From positions 2,666,001 through 2,730,000 of the forward strand of contig CAKKNE010000001.1 in assembly GCA_918797485.1 (NCBI GenBank): DNA of 64,000 bases, given 5' to 3'. This stretch comes from Pelagomonas calceolata. Its lineage: Eukaryota. The position numbers and the translations under genes were made by a program. Below the pieces are notes generated by a model. It made no database searches and was not told the origin of the DNA. It saw nothing but the letters and a program-made list of their open reading frames with translations. Positions 15,001-27,000 of this stretch are shown here, piece by piece. Position 1 is the stretch's first letter, and each line of letters opens with the position of its first letter.

Positions 15001-18000
15001 CAGGTGGATCTCCCCGCTCGCTCTCTGGCCCATTCCGGCGGACAGCTTAATGTTCCCACCCGCCCCGTCGCTATCGCCGCCGATGATGTCCACGTTGCCA
15101 CCCCTGTCCCTATCTGAACAGCCTGCGGTCATCAAGACGCTTCCCCCGCAGCTGCCATCGCCTGCGGAAATCGTCGTGCTTCCTCCGTTGCCTTCGTCTG
15201 AGGTGCCGGCACTAAGCTCGACATCGCCGCCCTTCCTTGCAGTTCCCACACCCGCCCGGAGCCGAATGGCGCCACCAGCGTTTCCGCCGCCACCTGAGAT
15301 TCCTATGGATCCGCCATAGCCGCCGCTAGCCGTTGAAGCCTCGCCCACGCCCAGGACCAGATTTCCAGCATCACCTAACAAACTCGAACCAACAAAGAGA
15401 CTGATTCCGCCGCTACCGCAATGGCCAGCACCGGTGGAGACAAAAATGTCTCCGGAGGCGCCTTCAGCCACACAACTAGTTGAGACCTCAATGTCTCCTG
15501 AAGAAATAGTGCCCTTTGCAGATTTGATGGTAACGTCACCACTCTTGCCGGCCCTTCTAGTAAGCTGCGTTCCACTGAAGATTTCCAAGTTGCCGCCGGC
15601 TGCGTCGATGCCAGCGCCCGCGTTCAAGCTTATGTGGCCTGCAGAGGCTCCATCTCCAGCCGCAAGGCGCAGAAGCCCACCCTGACTAGCCGCCGAATCG
15701 CCGGCTACAAAAATGACGCTGGCCCCAACACCGGTTTCTGAGTCGCCCGCCTGAATTGATAAAGTCCCCACAGTATCTCGAGCATCACCAGTGGCAAGAA
15801 TGATTTTGCCACTGGCGCCCCAAGTCTGTGCCCGTCCCGATGATATTGATACGTCCCCGGAAGCTTTGCCGCTAGCAGTGGTTATGGCAACCTGTCCACC
15901 CACATCACCGGTGCTTGTCCCGCTTTCGACGACTACTGAGCCGCCCAGTTCCATATCATCCCGCCCCGCTTTGATAATTATTTCACCGCCCTTACGTCCC
16001 CCACCCGCATGTAGGTCAACCGCTCCACCGAGTCCTCCGGTCGCCTCGCCTGCCACAAGCTCGAGGTTGCTGCCGCGGATGCTCGTGTGGCCCCCAAGAT
16101 CACCTTGACCAGACGCAACAATAATTTCACCACTACCACCACTGCCGCAAGATGAGCCCGTCGAGCATACTTTCACCGCGCCCCCACCGCTGGTAGCCAA
16201 ACCAGCACAAAGCTCGATGTTGCCAGCTGAGCCCGCCGAATCCCCGGTGGCGATGGATACGTCCCCTGAGTTCCCTTGAACAGATGTCCCAGTTGCGAGT
16301 AGAATGCCCCCACTTGCACTGCTTTCGGCACTTGCGATCGTAAAAGTGCCGCTGGTCCCTTCGCCACCACTTCCGCTGCATAAAGTGAGGGTGCCACCTC
16401 TTTCTCTACCATCGCCAGCTTTGAACTGGATGCTGCCACCGATGTCTCCATTGCCGGCGTTTACGTCGAGTCTGCCGCCAGAAGCCCCTCCGTCGCCTGC
16501 GTGCACGGATATTCTGCCGCCGTCGCCGGCAAGCGAGGCCCCGGACGCCAGCGAGATGTCGCCAGCGATACCAGATACAGCATCCCCCACGGCAACACAG
16601 ATGCCATTGCCCGAATCTCCGTTCATTGCTTCCCCTGTTGTGAGGGCAACGCCGCCTCTGGTGGCGGTCAGGCTTACATCGCCAGCGTTCTCACCATCTC
16701 CCGCTTTCAGAGAAATACAGCCACCATCTGCGACACCAGAGCCGGTAGATAGCAAAATATCTCCCTTGTTCTTGGCCTTCGAGCTAGTCATGAGTGAAAT
16801 AGAGCCGCTATTGCCGCTTGCGGCGGCCCCACTCTGTACGAGAATGTCCCCGCTCTCACCCGAAGATGCGCGCCCCGTCTGTAAGTAAATGGCGCCAGAG
16901 CTCGGCGCAGCCTTTGTGGTCAGTGCGAGAGAACCGGACTCCGAAGATGTAGACTCACCAATAGAGTACCGGTCGTGAAGGGCTTGGAGGCCGCCGATGA
17001 CGTCAAGGGCAAGCCGTTGTTTATCAACCCGATAAAATCTCGTTTTTTGGAACCCCTTGTCTGGAAGCGAGTATGTTTCGAGGACGGATATATGCTCAGG
17101 GAAAATCTCATTGAGCTCTTGTGCAATCACGCCGCGGACTCGCTTGTCGGGAATCCCCCGAACGGCCCGCCACTCGTCCGTGTATCCGTACTCAGTAATT
17201 CGAACTCTTTGCAGGCGGTGAAGCAAGTCGGCCGTGTCAACCGGCTGAAAGTCTTTCTTGATGCGACGATCCGAAGGGCTTGTAAATGACGGAGCCGAGA
17301 TTGGTACGTCAGAATATAACTCGGTGTTGCCGTCACCATTTGTGGTGAGTCGAACATCATACGTCGCAGAACTGCCATCACTATCAGTGATGCCCCAACC
17401 AATTGTGCCGTCCGGACCAGCGAGGAAAGAGACGTTGCCTCCCGAGCCACTCACCACATCGATGTTGTCGCCAGTGATATTCAAGTATGCATCTGTGCTC
17501 AAAAGTGTGGCCGATGCTTTATTTGAGGTAATCGAGACGTCCCCTCCCCGACCACTATCCGACTCGCCGGCTTGGAAAACTATGTCGCCGGCGTCACCAC
17601 TAGTTGTGCTTCCCGTCGCCAGGATTAAATCCCCAGAATCGCCGCCGGTGGAATCCCCTACACAGCGCAAATGATACATGTGAGTAAATACGGGGCATGG
17701 GGAGGGCTTGTTTATGGGGTTTGTTTTCATGCAGCTGCCGGAAAAAGTGAAGTTCGAAAAGACAGATCCGTTTTGTGCTAAAGGTATCCCCCTTATCAAT
17801 ACCCAGGATCCCGATGGCTAAACGCACCTGTGGTTATGGTAATACTTCCGGCAATGCCTCCAACAGCATCCCCTGTTATGAGACTAAGGTCGCCAGAATT
17901 TCCTTCTGCGATGGCTGTGGCACAAGATAGACTACCCGTCACGCCCCCCGGGGCGGCTCCCCCAGTCAGCGATACCGCGCCACCGGCCACTCTCAGGTCG

Positions 18001-21000
18001 CCCCCAGCATCGCTCGTTGACTCGCCGGCCACGAGAGAGATAGCGCCAGCAGCACCGACTTCCGAACCGCCTGCGCAGATGGTAACGTTTCCCGAGTTCC
18101 CACTTTCCGCAGTACCCGAGGTAAAGCAAATGTTGCCTGTGTCCCCGGTGCTCGAAGTTGGCGTCGAGATCTCGACGACGCCTCCAGCTCCGACCGTCGA
18201 TGCGCCGCTCGAGATGCTAAGTGTGCCGCCTCCAGCTGTGCCCGCGCCGCTTGTCATAGAAAGATTGCCTCCTGCATCGTCGGTACCGGCCTTTATAGAA
18301 ATACTGCCAGCGCTTGAAGATGCAGGGGCAGTGTCACCTACGTAAATTGATTTAAACGGCGGGGAAAATAAATCTGAACTCTCTCAATTTGTATCAATTA
18401 TGACTTGTTGACTACGATAGCCAACAAACTGACTCTGATTTCTGCCTGTCGAGATTGATATGCTGCCCGACGACCCTGATGAAGTAGATGAGTCACCCGT
18501 AGACAGAACCAACTGGCCCGTTGTGACAAGCAGCGAGCCCGAAGCGCCGGACGTACTATCGCCGGTCGTCACGCTAATCGTACCCGACGATGATGTCCCT
18601 TGTCCGGAAGAAACCTCCACGTCCCCCCCGAGACCACCTGCAGTGACACCAGCTTCAAGCAGGATGGTGCCACCAGCACAACTGGCCTCGGTCGATGCGC
18701 CAGCTGTCATCGTCAGGTTAGCTCCGTTGCCTGAGGTGGCATGTCCGACAGACAACGCAATGCCACCTCCCACCGAAGTTGTCGCTCTCCCGGAGAGGAC
18801 GCAGACTGAGCCGGAGGTGCCCGAGCTTGAGATCCCAGTCGAGATTGCAAGTCGACCGCTTCCCGAGGTGGCGCCGCCGCCCGCTGTGGCGATTGTGACG
18901 TTGCCGCTCTCTTTTCCCGCACCAGAGGATATTGACAGGTTGCCGCCATGCTGCCGGGAGGAGTTACCGGCAGCCAGTGACAGAGGTGCCCCCGCACCAC
19001 TTATTGACATCCCGACAGAGATAATCACATCTCCAGCTTCTCCAGCAGAAGAGTCTCCGGATGCAATTGCAATTGACCCTGAAGCCGGCAAACCTTCACC
19101 GGCACTACCAGTGGCTGCACCAGTAGCTACTTGTATAGATCCAGACGTACTGTCCGTTTGGCTCGCATTACTTGTAGCGATGGCGATCCCCCCTGTTGCC
19201 AACTTTCCGCCGCCAGAGAGGAGAGCCACCGAACCACCCGCGGCTTGCGAAGATCCAGCGCCAGCGCTGATGTGGATGTTCCCGCCGGCATAATTTTCCT
19301 CTGGTACTTCGTTGAGATTATCTCCTGCGGTGAGGTATAGCGAACCGCCGCAACCGGTATCACCGTAACCTGCGCCTGCTTCCATAATAATCGAACCCCC
19401 AGCACCAGTTGCTGTGCCTGTCGCCAAATGAATGCTACCCGAGTTCGTGCGATATTCGTCGTCACTCCGTCCTCCATCTGCCGTCCTTACCGTGATACAG
19501 CCACTTTCCCCATAAGTTGACTTTCCTGATGTGAGTGCGATGGCACCCCCAGAAGGGGTGGTCTCTGCGTCGTCCTCTGCTTCTTTGAGATCAAGCTTTC
19601 CGGCAGTGATGCGAATGCTACCTGCTGAACCTGACGAAGCCTCGCCAATGGACATGGATATATTTCCTGATCGGCCACTTGATGCAGAGCCTACAAGAGC
19701 AGTTATAAATCACACTGATTGCAACTACAAAATATAGCTGACGCTCAGTCGCGAGCCTGTGCTAAGTGAAATGTCGCCGGTCGTGCCGGTCGACGCGGCA
19801 CCAGTTGTCAGCATTATGTCGCCCGAAGCGCCATCAGTTGGATCTGCGGTACCAATGGTCAAATTTCCGGAGAACGTTTCGCCTGTCCCCGAAACAAGTG
19901 TTAGAAGACCACTTTGATCACCAGAACCTGACGCTATGAGGATGTCCCCAGATTCGGAGCCATTTCCAGCCATCAAAGAGAGACTGCCTCCCCGCGAACT
20001 CTTTGAGGACCCCGCAGTGAGAGAGATTGACCCCGCGTCGCCTGCTTCTGAGTTTCCCGTAGTCAGGGAAACTGCGCCTGAACGGCCGGCTGTGGCACTG
20101 CCAGACTGAATCACAATATTTCCAGAGTTGCCCGTCGTTGATGCCCCACCAGAGGTGATTTGGATACCCCCGGAAGCACCTGTGCCCGACCCCGTCGACA
20201 CATTGAACCGGCCGGAACCGACCCCGTCGCCGCCGTCTGCCGATGCCAGCGAAACAGAGCCCGACGTACTAGAGGTTGACGCACCAGAACGGATCAAGAC
20301 CAGTCCACCGGTGGAGTCTGTCGAGGATCCGCCTTGCAGCACCAGGTCACCGCCAGCACCAGCCGTTGAGACTCCAGGAAAAACTTCGACAGTCCCCGAA
20401 GTACTTTTAGACGAGCCCGTGGCCACGCTGATGCTGCCCGAACTCACGCCATCGCCTGTTGCTATTTCGATCGCTCCAGATTGTCCCGTGGCTGCATTGG
20501 TTTGAATTGTAGCATGACCACTTGATGATTTCGCTGAAGCGCCCGAGCTGATTGTCACAGAACCGCCGCGGCCTGATGTTGAGTCTCCCGCGGCCATAGC
20601 GACGTCACCGCCAGCTTTGCCGGTACCAGTCGACACCACGATCGTACCAGCTTGACCAGACTTCGCATCACCCGTGCAAAGCGAAATGCTCCCTGAGTTG
20701 CCTTCTCTTGACGTACCCGTCGCCAGGGTCAGAGTGCCCGTGTCTGCTTCAGCCGAATACGCTGAGGTTAGATTGACTGCACCACCGTCTTGCTCAGACG
20801 ATTCGCCTGCGAGCAGTGCAATATCTCCACCTCCCGTTGCTCCGGATCCAGCTTGGATGATGGCATGCCCACCTCGCCCCGATTGAGATTCGCCCGCAGC
20901 GAGTATGATGGCACCACCATCCCCGCCATCCTCTAAGGAGGCCCCTGCAGTGAAGGATATGTCCCCTCCAGTACCAGAGTCACCCTCTCCAACGGACATC

Positions 21001-24000
21001 GATATTGAGCCGGCCGTGCCTCCACTAGCACGCCCGGTAGATACATTGACCCAGCCACTGTCTCCGCCTTCGGCCGTACCGGATTGGAGCAAAAGATATC
21101 CGCTAGCACCGTTGCTGCCAGAATTGGCTGTCTCGATGATGACTAAGCCTGAAGTAGTTTTCCTTGAATAACCGCTGACGATCCGTATGTCACCACCCGT
21201 CTCATCTGTAGCATCGCCACCTTGCAAAATAGCATCAGCACCGACCCCCGACTCCGAAATGCCGAGCCTCATGTAGACTGTTCCCGCTTTGCCTTGTGTT
21301 GCGGTGCCTGCGGGACAGAAATTCGGCGTACTTCAAGATACTTAAGTCAATGCGCTGGAATGAACCTGTGGTCAGCAAAACATCTCCAGAATTACCCGTG
21401 GTAGCATTCCCTGTCACTATTGTTACCTGGCCGGAATCCCCTGAATCTGCCGTGTTACTTGAGGCGATTTCAATATCCCCTGTTTTGCTTGAGGTGCCCG
21501 TCGCCGCACCGGAAAGCAGTTCAATGTTACCACCCTCGTCAGTAGCGCATCCCCCCTCAAGACACACGGCCCCGCCTCGAGCAGATCCGTCACTCGTATC
21601 GCCTGCTGTCAGCGAGATGGCGCCCGCAACGCCACCTGCGGCCGCACCCGTGCCAACAGTCAGTCCGCCTGTGTTGCCGTTCGAGGTCTGGCCAGAGGCT
21701 AGAGTTATTTTACCCGTGGTGCTTGAGTCGTCTGCAGATTTTAGGCTGATTTGTCCCGCTGTTCCTTCGGTTGATGGGCCAGAGAGGATTAAGATTGACC
21801 CACCTTCACCTTCCGTCCCACCAAATGCGGACCCGGCTACTAGCTCCAAATCACCGCCCGAGTCGCCGTCTGACGAGTCTGATGCGTTGCCAGACCGAAG
21901 GATGACTTGACCGCCACCACCCGCCATCCCGCCGCCTGCCAGCAATTTGACACTACCACCGGGCGAGTCTGGGCCGTTTGTACCTCCCGCATTAATCGTG
22001 ATATTACCACCCGCACCAGTTAGACCTTCACCGACGCAAAGTTCAACGTGACCTCCGTCGCCTGAGCTAGCAAGACCAGTTCCCAGGGTGAGGTTCCCGG
22101 ACAGACCATTTGTGCCGCCTTTGCCTACGAGCGGGGGACTGCTTAACAAGTGCCAGCACCCACGTGTGCTTGCGTACAAAATTGTCACGTGAGGACACTG
22201 AAACACGACCGGTTGTGACAAGAACATCTCCCGAAGAGCCACCTTCACCGCCGTCCGGCGTTCGAAGGGTGATTGGTCCACTAGTCGATTCAGCTGCGGC
22301 TCCAGATGTCACGCAGATGCCCCCACCACGAGCTGAATCTGCGCTCGCACCTGCAGTTACACTGATATCGCCCCCGATTCCCGTTGACGATCCGACCGAC
22401 AGCGTTAAGCGCCCTGCATCGCCGCTTTCTGCATCGCCAGTTTCGATAAGTATGTCGCCAGAGCTGCCCGTAGACGCGCCCGTGTGGATTGAAATGCTTC
22501 CAGAGCCATCGAGTCCATCAGATGCTGTTTTGAGACTCACAGAACCCGACCTGTCGGTATCTGAGGGTCCAGATAGCAATTGAATGCTGCCGCCATCACC
22601 TGACGCCGCTCCTCCTGCTGTTATGACAAGAGATCCGCCCTCTGAGGCCGCATCAATAGAGTCGCCGCCAGCGAGCGTCACATTGCCGCCCGTTCCACCT
22701 TGACCGGCGGCGAGGGCCATAGATCCGCCCAAGCTATTCGAGCTATCCGAAAGCTCGCTTCCTCCAGCGGCCATGGTGATGGACCCGCCAGGCCCACATC
22801 CGGTTTTACCAACAAGCAATGTGATGCAACCGGCGCTCGCTTCAGCGGAGTCTCCGGTCGACAGCATAATGCCGCCGCTCGTCCCATCTGTAGAGGAACC
22901 AGTCTCGATATCTAGCTTACCCGAGCTTCCATCCGACCCTGCGTTCACCGTCCGAATCGTAACTTCGCCTGAGGACGTGTCTGAGCCTGTTCCCGACTCA
23001 ATAGTGATGCTGCCCCCTGCGCCCTGATTGTCTGAAGTTCTCCCAGCCTGAATGTATATCTCGCCGCCAGCACCAGAGGCTGTTGAGCCCACTTCGAGCA
23101 AGAGCTTGCCCCCTGTTCCCTGTTTTGTTGACCCTGTCTTCAGGCAGATAGCACCTGAGCTTCCTCCAGTTGCGATACCAGTACTTAATAAAACATCTCC
23201 TGAGGCTCCCTCGGAGCCTGCATCGGCTGTGAGGAACTTAATTGACCCTGACATCGACGATTTTGCGTTTCCGGAGCGCATCAAAATGTCCCCACCGGCT
23301 CCGCTGTCGGCTTGCGAGTCGCCCGCTTGGAGCGTCAAACAACCGCCCATGCCGGAGTTGCTTTCGCCAACAGCAAGTGAGATGTTCCCGCCTGGACCAC
23401 CGTTCCCTTCGCCCGTTTTCAGGTGAATTGCGCCCGAATCTCCACAACTTGATGATCCAGTGCAGAAGAGGATGTCGCCGGACACACCCGCCTCACCAGC
23501 ATTGGTAGTAGACAGTGTAATTTTGCCAGATGAACTGTCCAGTCCAGCTCCTGAAGATACTAAAACAGAGCCCCCACTGCCGCTGAGGGCAGTGCCGCCT
23601 GCAAGAGACACGTTTCCACCTTCACTGTCTGGAGATTCGGACGCAAGTGAAAGTCCGCCCTGAAACAGTATTCCGCCCCCGTTACCACCATTTGTGTGAA
23701 TGGAATTACCACCAAATAAGCTCAATTTGCCGCCAACACCATCGGTCGCTTTCGAATCACCAGCAACCAGTTCAAGATTGCCACCGTCTCCACTGGCACC
23801 CGTCCCGACGCACATAGAGATAGAACCGCCCGAGCCGCCCTCCGCGGAAGACCCAGTCTCCATCACTATTGAGCCCGAATCGCCTGATTCTGCATCTCCA
23901 GTTGTGAAATACATCGAGCCACTTGCGCCGAGAGATCCCCCTTCGGCTGTTCTGATGAATATTGGACCTGACGTGGAAAGGGTGGATGCGCCCGAGGACA

Positions 24001-27000
24001 TGCAAAGATGGCCCCCAGTCAGTCCGCTACTTGTAGAAGTTGATCCCGCAGAAAAAGTGATATCGCCACCCGCACCATAATAGGCATCACCAACCACGAG
24101 CGAAATGGCACCACCCCGACCATCGTATGCATCGCCGGTGCGTACCTCGAGGTGGCCGGAGTTGCCACTAGAGGCCGTGCCGGTGTGCACGAATACCCCC
24201 CCAGATACACCCGCTTCGCCTGCATTGGCTGTTTGGAGCGTCATGTCACCTGAGGAGCTTGCCATGCTATATCCAGTCTGCAGCAGTATTGCCCCGCCGG
24301 GGCCTGCCGCCGCAGGCCCGCCGTGGCACTCAAGAATTCCTCCGTCGTTGTCAGCAAGATTGCCCTTGGCTGCGCCGCCGTGGATCATCACGGTTCCCCC
24401 GCTTCCACCGTTTTGGCCCGATGCTGAATACGAACCATGGCCTGCTAGGACTGAAAGACAACCGCCCGTTTGTCCCGCTTCCGTGGTTTCTCCAGCATAA
24501 ATGTACAGATTGCCGCCATCGCCAGAGTCTCCGGTCCCAACCTGAAGCGATATATTCCCTCCCCTTCCATCCGTAGCGTCGCCTGTCCCGCAATACAGGT
24601 ACCCGCTGTTGCCAAGAGTTGTTGTGCCTGTCTCAAAAGAAATTGAGCCAGAAACGCCGCCACTGCCAGAAACGGCGCCGTTTGCGGTCCACAGGTAAAC
24701 ATTTCCAGAGCTCGTCCGGGTACCAGAGCCGGTCTGAAACATAAGAGAACCGCCCGTAGCTGCTGTTGCACACCCACCGACTATCTCAATGTTCCCGCCA
24801 ACATCATCGGTTGCCTCCAAGCCACTCGCTTCCCCGCCGTACAAGAGCAGGGCGCCACCGTCCCCACCATCGTCGCTTGCGGTTGATGATCCATGACCAG
24901 CAGAAATTAGAATCAATCCACCCGAAGAAGCCTTATCGGTCGTTTCACCGGCAGAGACAATGACATCGCCGCCATCGTTGGCGTTTCCCGTGCCGACAAG
25001 AAATTCAATGTTTCCACCAGCACCTGATACTGCATCACCGGTTGCTAAAGAAATCAAGCCCGAGGTACCCGCACTTGACGTCCCAGATGCAAAATGTATG
25101 GCTCCAGAGACACCACTTTGACCAGCATTCGCCGTATCTAGGGAGAAGGTTCCTGACGTTGACTGCTCTGAGTATCCAGTAGTTATGGAAATCAGTCCTC
25201 CCGTTGCCGCTGCCGTGGTCGAGCCGCTAACCACGACGAAGTCAGCACCGGCCGCGGAATCCCCTGTGCCAACTAGAACGTGTATATAGCCGGCACGCCC
25301 TCCTGAAGCTTGGCCCGTCTCAACGTTTACGTACCCAGAATTCCCATTTGAACTTGTGCCCGTGGAGAAATCTATCGAGCCACTCGTGCCCTGGGTACCA
25401 CCGTTTGCTGTCGAGATGTCAATTAGCCCAGACGAAGATGCCTCGCCGTAGCCCGTGCGAACAACGAATGAACCGCCGCGTCCCTGGTTAGCGTATCCAC
25501 CAGCAAACTCGAGACTTCCACCGTCGTCCTCTGAGAGTCCGCCCTGCGCGGCACCACCGAATAGTTGTACTAAACCACCATTCCCACCATCATACTGGTA
25601 TGTGGACGAGCCCTCGCCGGCCTGAATTGTCACGGAACCTCCTGTAGCCTCATCATCTGTAGATTCTCCAGCAGCCAAGAAAACATTTCCTCCATCGTCA
25701 GAATGGCCAGTGCCGACTCGTGCCATAATAGTTCCGCCATGGCCATCATGTGCGTAACCTGTTTCAAGTGCAATCGCCCCCGAGTTCCCTGCAGATGTGG
25801 TGCCTGTGGCGACTGATATTTCCCCACTCACGCCAACTGAACCGGCATTTGGAGTACTTAGGTCAATGAAACCAGAAGACGTCTCAGAAGAGTATCCTGA
25901 TTCGAGGACCAGGAAGCCGCCCGTCGCTGCGTCAGTCGTGTCGCCGGCCACGAGTTCTATCTCGCCTCCTTCTCCAGTGTCACCATCGCCGACTCTCACA
26001 TTAACGTAGCCACCACGGCCAGACGTCGCTTGGCCAGAGACAATCTCGACTGCGCCACTGCATCCATCTTTGGATGTGCCCGTGGAAAGAGTCATACTTC
26101 CAGATATGCCGCTGAATCCTGAATTGCCCGTTGCAACAAGCAGGTCTCCACTCGAACTGTGAGTAGACAAGCCACTTGATACGCGCAAACGCCCACCATA
26201 GCCCGACTGCGACTGCCCCCCTACAACCGAGACATCGCCGCCGTTGTCATTGACGTTTGAACCTCGGGCTGTGCCGCCCTTGATCATCACATCACCGCCA
26301 TCGCCGCCGTCATTCAGATTGGTCGAGGCGCCCGTGCCCCCTTGGAGTGTAATTGCACCTCCTTGTGAAGCGGCAGCAGACGAACAGCCTGCTCCGAGCA
26401 AAATGTCACCGCCGGCTCCCAAATCACCTTCACCAGCACGCAAGGCGATGTCACCACCCGCCCCATCGAGTGAATCGCCAGTACTGATCGATACTTGGCC
26501 AGAGTCTGCAGTCACCGCATCGCCAGTTGCGATTGTCACAGCCCCACTTGCTCCGTCGCCCCCGACATCTGGCGACCCCACAATAACGCGGCCCGAAGAC
26601 CCTGCGTGGCCGATTCCTGATTGTAGCGTGACGGAACCGCCGGTCCCGCAAGTTGCAGATCCACCGCTGATCATCATAGAACCGCCAACATCGCATCGCG
26701 CACGACCAAGCGCTGCTCCGCCTTCTAAGAGAATGGCCCCGCCATCCCCACCATTTCGCGGATCCAGCGACAGTCCATTGCCACCTTGGAGGGTCACTGC
26801 GCCGCCTGCCGCGGCATCTGCCGATGTGGCACCAGCAACTAGAGCCACGTGACCACCGTCTCCAGAGGCTCCTGCGCCGACGCCAAATAAAATGCTACCA
26901 GCCGCGCCACAGCCTGACGTACCAGTTGTGAACTTGATTGATCCCGAGGTTCCAAAGGCCGTAGTGCCCGTTGCGAGGGAGAGGATCCCTGATGTGCTAG

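Noticed and set aside
11221..17277. Prophage or bacterial contamination suggested by tail-fibre S74 domains
   Set aside because: The domains lie in a spliced gene with a eukaryotic leader and PSI repeats, next to APC1, SWR1 and TM9SF. No other phage genes are present.
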